DNA of 64,000 nucleotides, taken from positions 1 through 64,000 of the forward strand of contig NMRA01000374.1 in assembly GCA_002633005.1 (NCBI GenBank), read 5' to 3'. The position numbers and the translations under genes are program-made. The stretch is from Phoronis australis. Lineage: Eukaryota; Animalia; Phoronida. Every line of letters begins with the position of its first letter. The stretch's first letter is position 1. The notes under the pieces are model-generated. The model saw nothing but the letters and a program-made list of their open reading frames with translations. It did no database searches and was not told the DNA's origin. Positions 61,214 through 64,000 of the stretch are shown one piece after another.

Positions 61214-61750
61214 GGTCTATTCACACGCCCATTTTAAAACGTTTTAGCTGGAAAGTTTTAAGTTAAAGCGTTTTAAATTTGTCGTGCGAAGGCGAAGCGT
61301 TTTAGCAGGAATGTTTTAACACCTGACACAGAACCATAATTATTACTTTTTCACCAAAAAAGAAAGAGCGCTCGCGTGCACTGGCCGAATGAATTCGCAA
61401 CGCTCACGCGCCTACCATATTTCGTACTACAATCGGCGACTTCCGTTCACCTACGTTTAAAAATTTTAGCGGTATCAAGTTTGTGAACAAGGGCCTGCCT
61501 TACGAAAGCTGACCCTTCAAAAGCCTGAAAAGGTTTAAGTCACAAATTTGGTGCTACGGTCCACACAACTATTTCTGGAAACATGATTAAAATCTTACTA
61601 GTCTCTGAAAATAGACACATAACTTGGCTAAACCTTTATTTCGCAAATGTAAAGTGACAAAAATTGAGTGTTAAGTCTGCTTAAAATCCGTTTTTAAGCA
61701 AATCAAATTTATGCTAAAACGTGTTAAATTAATGGTCGTGTGAACACAGC
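61214..61750. mobile_element. Harbinger/PIF-like MITE
   Basis: taa|ggtctattcacacgcccattttaaaacgttttagc ... gctaaaacgtgttaaattaatggtcgtgtgaacacagc|tta. TWA-type flanks. Confidence 0.65.
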
Positions 61751-64000
61751 TTATTATAAATAGTTCTAGGTAAAACGTTTTACTGAAACGCGCAACCTTA
61801 TTCTCGCGCGATTCCACCTATGTACGCAAAGTTAGCGCATTATTCAAATGACCGATTTAAACCACTGTGAACTAACCTTCCATCAGAAAGAAATGATTTA
61901 AGGCACTTGTCGTTATAAAGCTAGCCTCGGCTACGCTCGTCACTCAAACTTGACGTCAATTTTGAAATTAGGGAGAACTCAATATTTACTTGAACCTGCT
62001 CAGTTGTTTTATGTGCCGAAATCTCAATTGCGATCAAAATTCTAAGCCCTAAAATCTTTTATAATCTAAGTACGACACACGTGGAAACCAGTTTTACAGT
62101 GGCGGATCTAGGAAAGAAGGTCGTCCACGATTTCATAAAGACAATCATGTCCGTTGTAACTTCAACGGCCCTGACCTTGTGGTGAGAAGGGCGGATCAGT
62201 TTTCCATTTTGCGAAGGGGGCGTTACAGAATGTCATTTTTGCGTCGTGTGTCAAACACCTAAATTTCATTCTCATTGCTGTCAAGTATTCAAAATGCACG
62301 CCCACACGAAAACATGGTCAATAAATTTTATGCTAAGCAATAAAGGATCCGAAGCTCCTGACAAAACATTGTTCGAGCCTCATTTGATTAACATAGTAGG
62401 CGAAACATCGCCGCTGTCCATATGAAGTGAGAATGTTTAAATGATTTACTTCTTGTAGAACAGATTGGATATAAGTACACGGCCAAAACCCCCAGTTATC
62501 TCCTTTTCAGTTTTTGCCCTAAATAGGGGAAATTATAGAACACCTGACCAAAAAATTGTAACCTTCACCGCAAGAAAACATGACTGCCAACAGACGATTT
62601 TCAACATGTGCATGTGTGTAATTGAATTTAACTGAATTGGAAGACAAAAGGGTCCAAGAATGGAATAAAGTTTATTGACACGCACGACTAAACTTGCTGG
62701 GCTCTCTGGTTTTCAATGTATTTTCACTCAAATGTTTTCTACAGCTTTCGCCTATAACTATCGGCTGGCAAGATACACATGGTGGCTACCAAACCTGCTG
62801 TAAAGAAGGGTTGGTGAGCCAACTAACTATAGACACAGTTGATATGCTATTGCTAACGATGTCGACTTCAAAAGCTTATATTCGATGCAAATTAAAACTT
62901 GCACACTAGTAAATCAAGAGATGACGACACTTTTACAGCCCCGTCCTTTGCATTTTCGATCTGCCCTTCTCACCGGTAGATCCTCCATCCCGACGAGGTA
63001 ATGTTCGTCCTTCTCGCTGGCAGTACGAACTTCATACAGGATGCATGCAGCCTATAAAGCCTGTGTGGTGTCGAGCGAAATTTAACTCAAATTCTGAAAT
63101 CACCCACCACGTCGTTCAAAGTCGCAGTGTTGCACGGAATTATTTCGGAAACCTGCTTCGTACTTAAACCTATTTCACATTCACTCTTACTAAATTCGTC
63201 ATAAATAATTTTTTCACCAACCCGGTACCATCGAGAAATTTATTTCCAAAAACACTTAAGTTAGTATAGGCTGTTAACATAATGTTCCATTTTTAGTGTT
63301 GCGCCAATAAAATGGACGCCCAAGAGAATGAGAATGTTTGACTAATAGGTACAGTACAAAACGGGCGGTAAATGGCCCATATGTTCAAGGCTGTAATTTG
63401 CTCTACCAACGCTTATTTTGTGTTCGAAACAGTAGAAACACGTCAGAAGTAACGTTGCTTAAGACCAAGAACTGTAGCAAAAGTTTGTGCGGCTTTTTAA
63501 AATTTTAATTCCATCAGCGTTTCTTTCGGAGTCTGCTAATCCTGTTGGCAAAAACTTCCTGGTTTTACTGATTTGCTGTAGACATTCTTTGGATTCCAAA
63601 GTATAGGAACGGTATGAACCACGAAGAAAAAAGAACGTTATTGCTTTCTGATCACGTTTTGTTTGATGCTCTGGCACGCTTCGGCTTTCACCCATGTTTA
63701 ACTTTGCGCACCTTGCGTTTCAAATCTGATGGAGTGTGGGAGGTGGTAAACTTGGGACGACAGAGAATACTGATATTGGTGGTGACGGGGTAGAGTGCTG
63801 GACAAATTTGTTTTCCTCACCTCCCCCGGCACACTGCCAAAATACTGCTTGCGCTACAGATCATATTCGAGACGCGTTAGTAATGGGTACAAGTCAATAC
63901 AAATTATATATTTATTAGATTTGTGTTTTGCGTTCAAGTCTACAGTTAAGTAGGCACAATATTTGATTTGTGGTTTTCTTGTGAGACGGCGATGTCAAAC

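Overview
Eukaryotic, AT-rich and intron-rich genomic DNA. The gene and repeat content points to a marine invertebrate animal; this is an inference and the species was not identified. Three host genes lie on the + strand. (1) A TRIM gene with a single coding exon (RING, 2 B-boxes, coiled coil, NHL-like repeats; 5499-7625). (2) A 13-exon GH20 beta-hexosaminidase reconstructed by hand (28921-55212, 1839 nt, about 612 aa). It has an intact HxGGDE catalytic motif, an N-terminal type II membrane anchor and two consecutive GC-AG introns. (3) Exon 1 of an sFRP3/4 (FRZB-like) Wnt antagonist (60118-60577). The rest is mostly transposon-derived: one near full-length ORF2 of a degenerate LINE plus four LINE 3' fragments, a Crypton-like tyrosine-recombinase relic, a Penelope-like fragment between opposed microsatellites, tRNA-headed SINE-like pieces and many MITEs. 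There is also a set of THAP-domain-bearing elements and of TTAA-flanked Kolobok-like elements, some nested in one another. Two duplications around single N bases look like assembly artefacts. All calls come from reading the sequence by eye; no database search was run.
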